A stretch of DNA of 63,571 nt, filler included, from Reticulomyxa filosa (lineage: Eukaryota; Protista; Foraminifera), in NCBI GenBank assembly GCA_000512085.1. It is 15 parts of 15 records of this genome, joined end to end, with 100 filler letters (N's around TTAATTAATTAA, not from the genome) between each part and the next. Parts side by side here need not be neighbours in the genome. Positions count along the whole stretch, not along the records: positions 34,241 to 40,751 come from ASPP01001263.1; positions 40,852 to 42,270 come from ASPP01013720.1; positions 42,371 to 45,781 come from ASPP01026376.1; positions 45,882 to 55,172 come from ASPP01023955.1; 11 more parts are not named here. The stretch is one strand, 5' to 3'. Position 1 is the first letter of the stretch, and every line of letters begins with the position of its first letter. This document shows positions 39,970-52,276 of the stretch, one piece after another. The notes under the pieces are model-generated. The model worked only from the letters and a program-made list of their open reading frames with translations. It searched no databases and had not been told where the DNA came from. A program made the translations under genes and the position numbers.

Positions 39970-40751
39970 ATGATGGCTTCAGAATTATTTTTTGGACAAT
40001 TTTCTGACGAAGTTGATGTGACCTTGTCGTCACTCATCCCATATTTGACCTGGGATTGCCCATTGCACGACGACAGCGCGTTAGCGTGTATATCTCGGAA
40101 AATAGTAGAATTTGTAGATTTTGGTTACACATTGCAATTCAAGCTATGTAACATTGAATTGAAAACGATAGAAACAAGCAAGAATGGTGACAAGACGTGT
40201 ATAAGCAACCACACGGCATTGGCATGCATGACCTCGCAAGGAGTGTTGTACACGTTATATGGGATAACACCCAAGTTGGCAGTCTTATTGAACCTGCGGA
40301 CATACGTACGAGAGTACAGCAATGGGTATGGGAATGAAAGTGAAGGACAAAGAAAAAAGGAAGAAGATGGGACGACAGAGCCTAATTGTGGAAGTTCATT
40401 ATCGCCTATGTCGCCAACGTCGTCGTTGAAGTTGCCTTCGAACGTACAAGTATTTACACATAAGAAGATGAAGCCAGTATCGATATCAAAGCCGGAAGCA
40501 TTGGTGGCGCTTATGCAGAAGCAAAGAGTGGTATTTTTCGTGGCCAATGGAGAAAGGTTATCCGTCTTCGATAGACACACGAACAAACTCGAGCACATAC
40601 AAAACATCCCCAAAGCACCCATTATCGACATGTGGGCATGTTCGGAATACGTCATGGTATTACGCGCCCCTGATGAGGTATGAGCCACTTATATATATAT
40701 ATAATATGCATGTTTTTATATTAACAACATGCAAAAAAAAAAAAAAAAAAA
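39970..40751 (+). CDS. 5' fragment of an uncharacterised protein, possibly a beta-propeller, divergent from the primase gene
   Basis: 237-aa ORF ending at a GAG/GTATG donor, with the intron running into the contig end. Confidence 0.55.
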
Positions 40752-40851
40752 NNNNNNNNNNNNNNNNNNNNNNNNNNNNNNNNNNNNNNNNNNNNTTAAT
40801 TAATTAANNNNNNNNNNNNNNNNNNNNNNNNNNNNNNNNNNNNNNNNNNNN

Positions 40852-40883
<32 letters not shown>

Positions 40884-41572
40884 GTCCCCTCATGCGTTTT
40901 CCTTCCTCCTCCCCCTTTCTTTTTTTTTTTTTTTATAAAAAAAGTGGTACCGGAAATATTATAAACCCGTCGACAATGTCCATACAACTGGGCAGACCCA
41001 TTTCTGGAAAGTACGAAATCAAATTTCTCAGATTGCAGTGGGTGTTGAAATAAAGCTCGGTAGAATTTATCTCCAGTTTTAAACTTCTCTATAATAGTTA
41101 GATATTTCTTGATTATTTCTGACAAATCCGGGAAACAAAATTTACGTATTTGCATCAGTACTTCACATTCTTCGTTCACTTCTTCTTGTGTTAAACTTTC
41201 CGTCTTTTCATTTGTATTACCTTTACTCTCGCCTGTGTCTTCTTTCACGCTTGCTGATAACGTTGACTGTGCTTTCAGTGCTTTCAATACCCTTTTCCCG
41301 TTGTATGCATATTTTATCACCGGACGAAATCCTAAGTCTTTGTTTGATTTAGACGTGTTGCGCTTGGTTTAGTTCTACAGTCCTCCTTTCCTCTTCCCCC
41401 TATCTGAAAAAGTACCTTTTGTATCGATCGAAATTTGACTTTCCGGTGACAGAGCAAAATTTGTTTGCTCCAACCCGACGACCGCAAAATATTCAAACAA
41501 CCGAGGAGGTTCTTCATTGGTTGAATCAGCAGATGCAGAATATTGAGGGGTAGAAGCTTGTGTTTGTGACAT
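40852..41572 (-). CDS. DENN-domain (Rab GEF) protein, uDENN 5' fragment
   Basis: RLFEYFAVVGL, IRKFCFP and FDFVLS...LYGHCRR; one GT-AG intron joins ORFs 41375..41572 and 40796..41320. Confidence 0.85.
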
Positions 41573-44500
41573 GAATTGATGATCTAAATACTCAAAAATT
41601 GTATTAACACCTTCGAGAGTGCCGCAAACGTTCTAGACAAATTAAGACGTTATGCGTCCAGTTAATCTTAAAAAATAAAAATCAGATTAATATTTAAAAA
41701 CCGCAATCTATAAATATTTTTAAAAACTTCGATCAAATGATAACTTTTCATAAAAAACGTAACACCACAACTCAATATTGTCACAATACGCAATTTGGTA
41801 TTTTTGACAATCGCTTAAAAATATTTAAATCAAATTTCTTTTAGTTTCCCAAAAGGCAACATCCCATGTAGAGAACCTGGAGCGGAAAAGCACGTTCTAA
41901 GAAAGTAAAAATCCGTTTTTGAAATTTAAATCAAAAAGAAACAACTTTGAATATCTGGAGTCATACTGACTCCATTGTGACGTAAGTAGTCTCACTACAC
42001 CACATAAACCAAACAAAAAAAAAAATTCTAAAAATATTTTTACCACAAACTGCAAACATAAAAAAATACAAAAGTTAAAAAAAAAAATTTGCTTGCTAAA
42101 AAAGCAATCAATCCAAAAAAAAATTAAAAATAAAAATAAATAAACAAACAACAATAAAATTCATTGAACACTAAACACTTTTTTACACTAAACAACACAA
42201 AAACAAAAACCAAAATAGTTGGTTTGAATCGTTTCTCAACCAATCTTTTTTTTCTCAAACCAAAATAGTTNNNNNNNNNNNNNNNNNNNNNNNNNNNNNN
42301 NNNNNNNNNNNNNNTTAATTAATTAANNNNNNNNNNNNNNNNNNNNNNNNNNNNNNNNNNNNNNNNNNNNGATTTTTTTATCAATAAACAAAAAAAAACT
42401 GATTTGAACGTAACACGTTTTGCAACTGAAAATGTGTGATTACGCATGCTCACAACAACAAGAAATAATTGCAACATGTAATTAAACTACAACGAATTTT
42501 CCTAAGCGTTGTCAATTTGGAATTATTCAGTTATCCTTAAGTTAACGAGCGTATAACATCCCATTAGAGATTACATTATGTCATTCTTTTTTTTTTTTTT
42601 TGCAATAAATCAAAAAATGTTTGTGGCAACATATAACGTACTTTAAGTATAATTTTGATAAATATAAAGATGCAAGTACAACAATGTTACTTTGCATTCT
42701 GAACAAAACAATTGTAAAGAACAAAATTAGTAGCATCTATTTGCTTTGAAAAGCAGAGAAAAAGAGGAGAATAGTCTCCAAACAGACAAAAAGTGATAGT
42801 GTGATTGTACTATGTAACGATTTTATCTTACAAAAATACGTTACATCGGCAGCGAAGTTGAAAATCCTTTTTTACTCGGAGATATGTGCTTATCAATCCA
42901 TTCATTGCATATCTCCTTTAAATCTTAAGCCAACATGTAAGTGCCATATAATATTTGAACTTATGTATTTTGATAGTGGCAGAGCTGCTATTATCCCGAC
43001 CTTTAACAACAAAATCAAATCCCCAGGCTTTGAGAATTTCTTCTATTTCTGTGTATTTGCTGAATTCTTCTGCTGACACTGTTTGTTTTTTTTTTTACAT
43101 CTAAAAAAAAAGCAACTACAAGAATGACAAAAAAAAATACTAAAGAGACCAAAGCTTGTTGACGAATTTGAAATTTATGTGAACCATCTTTTTCATCAAC
43201 AACAAACTTTGTCCATATATTTTTTTAAACAATAAAAAGTTGTGTTGAAATTCATCCAGTGTACACAATACATATGTTACAACCTCTTTTTTTTTTTTTT
43301 TTGATTGGTTTGAAAAAAAAACATACGTCTTCGAAGGTATCAGCGGCAGAATGGTCATTGATAATTGAGGAATATGAAAAACCAGATTGAATGAAGCCAC
43401 ATTTGGTGGGTCGACACAAGCAGCATCCGAATTGGAAAACGACTGCGACAACAAGCACAAAGAATCCAAAGAGGAGGTCTGTAAATCTGGAAGTTCCTGT
43501 TTACTAAAGACACTGTCGACGCCGAAGCAGAAATGGAAATTGTCGTCCACCAACGTGATTAACTTCAAATTTTACAAAATATGCTCGCTTTTGTATCTGT
43601 CTTTAAATTCATTTTGTTTAGCCAAAGCAATGATATTTTTTAAAGATCATTGCTTTTTTAATTTTAGATCGAAAATTTGTAAGTTAAATTGTTATGAACA
43701 AAATTACTGCAAAACTAAATTTCGTAAACAAAAAAAACACAACCCAATTTCATTTTGTGTTTGGTAAGGCATTCATTTTCAAAAACTGAAAATTAGATCA
43801 TTTCTTATCATTGGTATTCTTCTTTCATTTCAAACACCTGACAAGAAACATTGTTAAATTTCTTCAATAAATGAAATGACTATTTTCTTTCAGTTACTGC
43901 ACTCGAGAATCGCACTTAACTGTACTATTTTGCGGCTTTAACTATGACACTTTTGAAAAAACAAAAAAAAAAACAAAAAAAGAAACAAAAAAAGGTAGTT
44001 TACATTAACATTTTTTTGGTTAATGAAAATCTAGCTATTAAATTTTGAATAGTTGATAATAAAATTAATTTTGTACATAATATGTAACTTTTATGTTTAA
44101 AAAGGAATAACAAGATCTTAATCTAATGGTTAACTTAGTGTAATGGGTTGCCTTGTGATAGAAGCAAGCAGAGCATAGAAGAAAAAAACATTTGCTTTTA
44201 TGTTTTCTTTTAAACATCTAAAACTGGGTGTATTTGTTTATGTGATAAAAATTTTTAATAATCACTTTCATACTAACGATATATTTCTTTTGTTGACAGA
44301 AATGGTCAAATTGCGGGTTTTAATGTTGATAAAAATTTTTTTTAGGATTTCGTGCTTGTATAACACACATTAAGATTGAGAAAGTAAAGTGTGTAATTCC
44401 TTCAACATTCCAAAAGAGTTTTGTCTTGATTAGCCATGTTAATAAGATTGATGATCAACTTTTTTCTAAAAGCTGGTCCTTTTGAGAAAAAAAACACACC

Positions 44501-44775
44501 TAAAAAAAGAGATTTTTTGAAAAATTCAGTGATGAGAGAATATATTTAAGAGTATCCACATTTTTGCAACATTGTAATACCTTTGATAAAAAAAAATCAT
44601 TGATTTTTTAATTTCGTTGCTTTGTTTATGGACAGTAAAAAATGACAATATGAAAAATTAAACAAAAAAAGTTTCTAATGTTATCTTGCCTTCCAAATTG
44701 ACTGCACTTTGTAAACAACAACAGCATAGAATTTTCTTTTTTCCAAATAATTTTTATTTAAACAAATCAACACAT

Positions 44776-45781
44776 TTACAAATTTTTCAACTTTAGCATT
44801 ACTTCTTGTGTTTTTTGATGATTTTCACCAAATTTTTGAGTATAAATCGATATTGCATTTTCATAACACTTGTTTGCGTCCATTTTTTCACCTTTTTTAC
44901 AATTGATATCTCCTAAAATATCATATGAATTACCAACATCTGGATGATTAGAATCCAATCTCTTTAATCTCAAATCTAATGCTTTCCTTCCAAATTCCAT
45001 TGCCTTGTCACATTCCTGTTTGCCATAATAAACTAATGCCAAATTTTTATAGGAAGCAGCAACATCAATGTGATCAGATCCCAATTTGTCCAATCTAATT
45101 TTTAATGATTTATTACAATATTCAATTGCCTTGTCGCATTTTCCTTTTTTTCCATAAACAAATCCCAAATTATTGTATGGGTGAGCAACATAAAAGTGAT
45201 TAGATCCCATTTTATCTAGAAAAATTTTCAATGATTTTTCATGATATTCAATTGCGTTATCATATTCTCCATTATATTCATAAACAACTCCCAAATCGTT
45301 ATATGAATTAGCGACATCAATGTGATCAGATCCCAACTTATTCAATTTAATTTTCAATGATTTTTCATGACATTTAATTGCTTTATCATATTCTCCTTTA
45401 TTTCCATAAGTAATTCCTAAATTGTTGTATGAACTAGCGACATCAATGTGATCAGATTCCAATTTATTCAATCTAATTTTCAATGCTTTTTCATGATATT
45501 CAATTGCTTTATCATATTCCCCTTTTTTCTCATAAACATTTCCCAAATTGTTGTATGAACTAGCGACATCAATGTGATCATGCACCAATTTACTTAATTT
45601 GATTTTTAATGATTTTTTATGATATTCAATTGCACTATCATATTCTCCTTTCCTTTGATAAACATTTCCCAAACTGTTATATGAAGTAGCAATATCAATG
45701 TGATCATATCCCAATGTATTCAAACTAATTTTCAAGCCTTTTTCATAATATTCAATTGCTTTGTCATATTCTCCTTTGTAA
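44776..45781 (-). CDS. TPR protein with 42-aa kinesin-light-chain-type repeats; 5' truncated
   Basis: Seven complete 42-aa units of type DHIDVASSYNNLGNVY..KGEYDKAIEYHEKSLKI; open frame up to the contig edge. Confidence 0.93.
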
Positions 45782-45881
45782 NNNNNNNNNNNNNNNNNNN
45801 NNNNNNNNNNNNNNNNNNNNNNNNNTTAATTAATTAANNNNNNNNNNNNNNNNNNNNNNNNNNNNNNNNNNNNNNNNNNNN

Positions 45882-48800
45882 TCTTCTTCCTCTTCTTCCT
45901 CTTCTTCCTCTTCTTCCTCTTCTTCCTCTTCGTCATTTCTGGCAGGTGTCTCCGCAGTTGGATTGATTCCCACACGTGCATTCATCTGAGTGTTTCTTTC
46001 AGTTTCCGTGCTATGAAATATGCAAGTGTGTGGAAAAAAGGACACATGGAATTGTTGAACACGGAAGAAATGGACAGAGAAGGGAGTGAAGGGAAGGACA
46101 AACACATAAGAGCATAGAAGAAAAAAAAAGAGAAGAATGTCATACTCGTGGTCATTCGCAGCATCATCGTTGTGACCACGTGGATGTTGCGGGGTTCGTT
46201 TGTCACTTTGTGGATTGGGTTCGCCATGGTCGCTACCACTACCGCTGCCGCTCACACTTACGCTGTCCTCATTATTATTTTTTTTGGAGCCGGAGGATGG
46301 ATATAATTGCTTGGCAATTCAAAGGCATACGCGTCCGCATCGCCAGATTTGGGAATTCTTTGTTGCGACCTTGGTTTTTGGTCGGAAGGGGGCGCGCCGG
46401 AGGATGCTTTTTTGTCCCATGATTGTTTGGCGATTTTGGTTGCGTACTTTTGACTGCGATTGTCATTCATATCATCCGCAGTCATGTCGTAGCTGACCGA
46501 GGGAATGGGCGGCAACGTCGGCACGATCATTTGCACAGGCACTTGCATTTGCATTTGTGGCATCGTTGATTGCGGCAAATTGTTGCGTGCTGCATAGACT
46601 GGCACCATTTGAATCGTTACATCGCCATTGCCAGATCCAAGACTCATTTCGCTATTCGATGATACGATACGATGTGTCATTTCTTGGTTTAGACCTAAAT
46701 TTTGGCCATGGTTTTGGCTCTCCGCTTGATTCGCGTACATGTTCTGAGAGCTGTCTTTGCGAAACGCCGAGTTTCGAAGAGTGCCGCGCTCTTGGTATCC
46801 CGGCTGACCTATGTCTTCACTTGTTGTCAGAGATGCCACGGGCTGTAGTTGTTTTGAGTCTCCTGTTATTTCTTGCTCCTTTTTCATTTGCTGCATTTTT
46901 TGTTCAAACACGCCCTTCGCTTCTTCTTCTTTATCTTCGTCACTGACACAATGTCCATACATACATATATGCAGACATGATTATTGATAGAGTTCATTTA
47001 CAAGTCGTCAAAAAAAAAAAATGAAAGACGAGTTTGTACAATATTTTGTTAAAATACAAAGAGAAATTGATTCGTTGGTTGTGTGATCCAAAACATGAGC
47101 TCTTCCGGTTTGCTGCATTGAAATAAAAATTTAACAATCCAGGCCGGTATCATCAATAGGAATGATATCGCCACAATGAAATAGGCTTCGGGTATGGGCT
47201 AGAGTCAACCATTCAACCGTGTTACACAACAAACAAACAAACCTAACCTAACCAAGTCGAGAAACACAAATGATATTAACATAGCAATGCTATATGGAAT
47301 ATAGATGGCATGTGTATGTATGCGTATAAAGATAATTTCGTAACGTATTTTCGATAATAAGAATAAAAGGCTGCAGTCAGAGCAAACATGGCTAATATCA
47401 CCATCACCAATACAGCAGCTCTTTTCTTTATTCATTTATGTCGATATAGTCACATGTACACACACATGAATAGTATGAGACATAGAGGATCAGTCAAAAT
47501 CGTAGAACAAATGAAACACGATGACATACTCGGACAGCAAAATGGCTACCCGGAATAAAACAGCAAATGCCCAAGCAAAAGTGATCTCGTGGACAACTCA
47601 GGCACACTAACATGGCGTATTTCACGCAAAAATGGCCGCTGCTTTCCATAATCGAGTTTTCATATGCTCCACGAGTTTTTTTGAGTGACGGTCCAAATAT
47701 GTTACAAACAATGCACGTTGATTTGACAGGAGCGGTTTGTCACTGCCACTACGATAAAATATAAACAGCAATGCAAAGATCACCAACAGTCCTCCTGGAA
47801 TTACCAGTGCAGTCCAATACTTTTTAATGTTTCCAATTGTTATAAAATTGAACCTTTTTTGTGTTTATTAATATGCGCATGTTTACGTAATTTGCAATAC
47901 CACAAACAAAGCTGTATACAGTAGCGAATTGTAAGGGATATATGTACGTTTGCAGTGTCATCGCTCGCAAAACTTTGTAAATGAAGGTTCTTCTGTGTAA
48001 CGAATGTTGGCAGTATACGAAATAAATCTTGCGGTAAACACTGTCCCATTCAAATGATTGCATCCACATTCTGTCTTACTTTCTTTCATGTCAATGACCC
48101 AGCAGCCATTCGATGACCAGTTTTCGTTTATCTGTAACATGGTCATGTACAACATAAGTTTTCTCATCACATTTTTGTCTTTCTTTTTTTTCCCCTTCAT
48201 GTCTAGTGCTCACCTATTTCCCTCTCTCCCCTCCTTTCTCCAAAAAAAAAACAAAAAAACTTGGTCCCAGAATATGCATTCTGCCATGTCATCGACAGTG
48301 ATTTGTCTTCCCATGTCAACCTGAAATCGATGTGGCATGCAATTGTTGACAGTTGTTTGTTGTGAAACCGTCGTTCCAGCCGATGACTTTTTTTTTTTCA
48401 TGTATTTATAAATAGTTTGTTTTTTGATAGTTAGTCTTTTGATACCTTAATAGGAAAAAAAAAAAGGTTGATTTAACTTTTCCTTCGGCCAGAAGTAACG
48501 TGAGATATTTTGTTCCAAACTCTGTTGTCGTTTGATATCCGCACGTGTTGGCACTGTAATAGTAGCATACAACACAACAACGTGTTTGAGAAATCAGTCA
48601 CCAAATACTGCATTTACAAAAACAAATTATTTCATTCTTTTTTTTTTATAAGAAAAAAATTAAACTTGACAACACCGCACGTGACAACCGACGATTGTGA
48701 TTGGAGTAGCCAATCAGAACTAATTTGAAAATGGACTTGACTGTCACCACAACCAGTTTGCTGAAGACGGTCAATTTGCTCCTGATGGACGCCGAGGAGA

Positions 48801-50667
48801 CTCCGCGTGCTGTTGCATTGGGTACCGGCGACGGTATTTTGCAAAGTGGATAGACCCACTTGGAGGATCAGCTGATACATGATGTCGGCAACACTCGTGT
48901 TATAAGAGCCACTTGTGGCCAAACCACTCAACAAAGCACACTGGTTGAGCAAACTGTAAATCGTGGATGCTTGCGTCTCGCAGTCGACTGTGTGTTGACG
49001 ATCTGCCACCTTCAGCAGCTCTGACAATGTACTTCGAATGCTTGCAATTCTTGGGACATAGTCGCTTGTCTGGGTCGCCGCCGAGGTGAGGCTCGACAAT
49101 TCAACTATCAAGCCGAATTTAGTCAACAGCGTTTCCTCATCTGCATTTGACGTATTTGAGGCATGCAATAGTGATAGGACATATTGAACAATATGCTCTC
49201 GATCGGCATTGCCATAGTTACTTTTTTTTTTTTTTTTTAATTGTTATATGCATCATTCTTTTTTTTTTGTGGATCATCACCTACATACATACACGAGCAA
49301 ACACATTAAAAAAAAAAAACATATTGTAACATGTTTGGATCGACAAGCACTTGCAATGCTTGATGGCTCAATTGCATGACTTGTGATGGGTCGTTGGCGG
49401 TGGACGAGCCCTGTTTCTCCAGCCACGAAAGAAAAGCGGTTGCGTTGGCCTTGAACGTGGCGTTGAGAACCACCTTTGAGATGACCAGCGGATAGCATAC
49501 GTAGTTATACGTGTTTCCTACCATGGCTTCTATGCTAATGTTGGTACCCGACCCCAGCTGAAACTGCATATAACTTCGCGAATCGTTCGAATACAAACTC
49601 GACAAGAACAGCTGCTGAGACGGGAGGTAATATTCGTATGTCAATGGCACCGACATCATGGATGTAAATCCAGAGCAATTCACCGCGAACCAAGTGCTGA
49701 ACGCAGTCCCTTGATCGGATGGGGTTACTGTACATTGTCCGTCCGTCGGTGGAGGAGTCACCGTTAGTGTTATGCTGGTTTGCACTTGAGTTGTGGATAA
49801 TGTCCCACTATTGTCCAATTGAAACACAGTCACATATACATATGCATCAACATACACACATATATACATTTATACATATATAATTGTTTTAATGTATATA
49901 TGTTTATTCAGTGTCACACACACACACCTAAGAGGGACGGCTTGGAACACGAGTTGATAGGAGGTAATGGATGTATTGGACACATATGGGAATATAGCCA
50001 TTGCCATTGTATTGGTGCAGACGTCCGCAACAGACAGATCGGGATTGATTGTAAGAATGCTTTGCAGTATACGTTGCTGAGGATCAGAAGTTGGCGTTGC
50101 AAAGTAATTACGAATGCGAATACCACTCGACAGCTGTGACAAGTCGGTATAACCCGAAGGGCAATCGATACATGTCCACGTGAGTGATTGCCATATGTCA
50201 CTCGAGCCACTGTTGTTTGTTGTGGCGCTCAATGTATTATATGATGTCACCGTTATGCTTAGGGTCTCGTGAGGATTTAAAAACGCTCGACCATTTGTGA
50301 GATCACCAGAGCTCACTTCAATCGTTACGTTGCCCTGTCTTGATACTGTCGGGGATAGAGTTTTCGGCTTCAATGTGGGCTTTGCTGTAGGGTTCCTTGT
50401 TGGGGATCTTGTCGGATGTTTGGTTGGTGACTGGGTTGGACTCGGGGTCGGATTCGCTGTTGGATTTGTCGGTTGAACTGTTGGATTTGTCGGTTGAACT
50501 GTCGGACTTGCGGATGGAATTACGGTTGGAGAGTTTATTGGAGCAAATGTTGGGCTTTGAAACGGGCTAGAGGTGGGTGGAAGTGTTGGAGATGTGGTTG
50601 GTGCAGAAATAACCAAGCACACACCAAACAACACCAAGAGAATGTTCGCAGAGGACAACAAAACCAT
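45882..50667 (-). CDS. Polycystin-1-like cell-surface receptor: signal peptide, Pro/Thr mucin repeats, REJ-like region, GPS motif, TM segments, low-complexity tail
   Basis: Hydrophobic N-terminus; PTxxP repeats; PPTDGQCTVTPSDQGTAFSTWFAVNCSGF (REJ-like); CIFWD..NWSSNGC..TECGCNHL (GPS); RDHFCLGICCFIPGSHF resembles the polycystin 'H.WLS.F..P.S.FTR' motif; two apparent frame breaks. Confidence 0.8.
50345..50605 (-). repeat. Coding Pro/Thr tetrapeptide repeats (PTxx) including a 21-nt duplication
   Basis: PTTSPTLPPTSSPFQSPTFAP...PTVQPTNPTVQPTNPTANPTPSPTQSPTKHPTRSPTRNPTAKPT. Confidence 0.85.
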
Positions 50668-52276
50668 TATTACAAGCTGCTCTTCAAAGGGGTTTTGTCA
50701 AAGAACAAAGGCGTCTTGCTGAAACCTGTTTGTACATCAAATACACTTTTATTGTTTATTGATGTATTCAGTACTAACATCTCAGCCCAGTCAGCTTGTG
50801 CTTGCTTCTATGTCCTTTTTCCTAAAAATTTTTTTGTAAAAACGAATTATTGTATGAAGAGTAGTGATGACTTAAGTGTAATACGAAAGTGATTTGTTAC
50901 TGAAATGAATTTTCAATAAAACCACTTAAATCATCACAACTCTCCGTACAAGATCAAGCGAAAATTAACAAATTAAACAGCAAAGCACTAATGAAAAATC
51001 TTTCTCAAACGTGAAATTATTAATTACAATAATAAGACTTAACAAGTATCACTTTAGCAACAGTCACTTTGTCATTGACAAGCACAAAACCCACAAAACG
51101 AATTAATGAACATAGTATATTGTTGTACATGTACATAATAGTCATACATAACACCATTGAGTGTTTAGTTTAATGCTGCAAATTTATCATTGAAAAGTCA
51201 ATCACAGATGCACAACTATTGACAATAACATGTTCCACTATCAATTGTCATTCACGTTTTGGAGAACTCGACACAAACTACTCTAATTAGAAGAGTTCAG
51301 GCTGCATAAAAATATCTGTGATGTGACAATGCTAAGTCCCAATTGATAACACATTGGAGTTCAGTTGACGAGACTGTCCAAGAGACTTGCAAAATGGATT
51401 GTGTGTTCTATCAGAACGTACAATCCATAAAACTTATGCTTATGTTGTGTGTTTTGTTGGATAATGTTATTCACGCCTATGCACGTTTCCTGCATTCTAT
51501 TTTATTGCAATGAATTTTTTTTTCATTCGTTTAATTTTTAATATTTTTTAAATGTCCACTTTTTTTCTATTAAAAAAAACAAAGAGTGGATGAATAACAT
51601 GCTTGAGAAAGGCTCAATGATAAAAAAACGATCAACTTTTTCAAAAACTTGATTGAATGCACAGGTTAAATAGAGATCACTTTCATAAAATGAAAGAATT
51701 AGAACTAAAAACAAACGTCAAAGTTTAACAATAATACAAAAAAGTTTACGTTTAGATGTTTCCTTTGTTAAAACATTGATTTATTTTGTGACAATAGATA
51801 TATTTGTTTTCTAATGCATTTTTTTATTGAAATTGATAACAGCATTGATTTTGATGAGATTATGGAAATATTATAGTGAAACTACTAAAATAGAGTCGTA
51901 AAAATTAAGTGGAAAATGTAAAATGTAAATCTAAATAGTAAAAAGAACAAAACTTTTACATCAAATGATAGAGCCCGGCCAATCGTCACTAAATTCATTG
52001 GTATTTTTGCGAGCAGGTGACAGTGATATTAATACTACCACTGTATAATTCTACAAAGCTAACCGTCAGTGTAAAATGTATCCGTAAATTCCTTAAAATG
52101 AAAAAAAAATAAAATAAACATCACAAAAAAAGAACATCGAAAAGTAGTCTCTACTTCAAATTTCCGATTTTAATTACAACTGGCAGTTAAACAAAACTGT
52201 CAGTTTTTGGATTGGAGAGATGGCAAACGGGGGGGGGGAGAGGAAATATGTTGGTAAAATAAGGAAGAAAAATGTG

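Noticed and set aside
40125-40688. Long antisense ORFs (also 430..762, 25159..25638, 58412..59086)
   Set aside because: Shadow ORFs of genes on the opposite strand.
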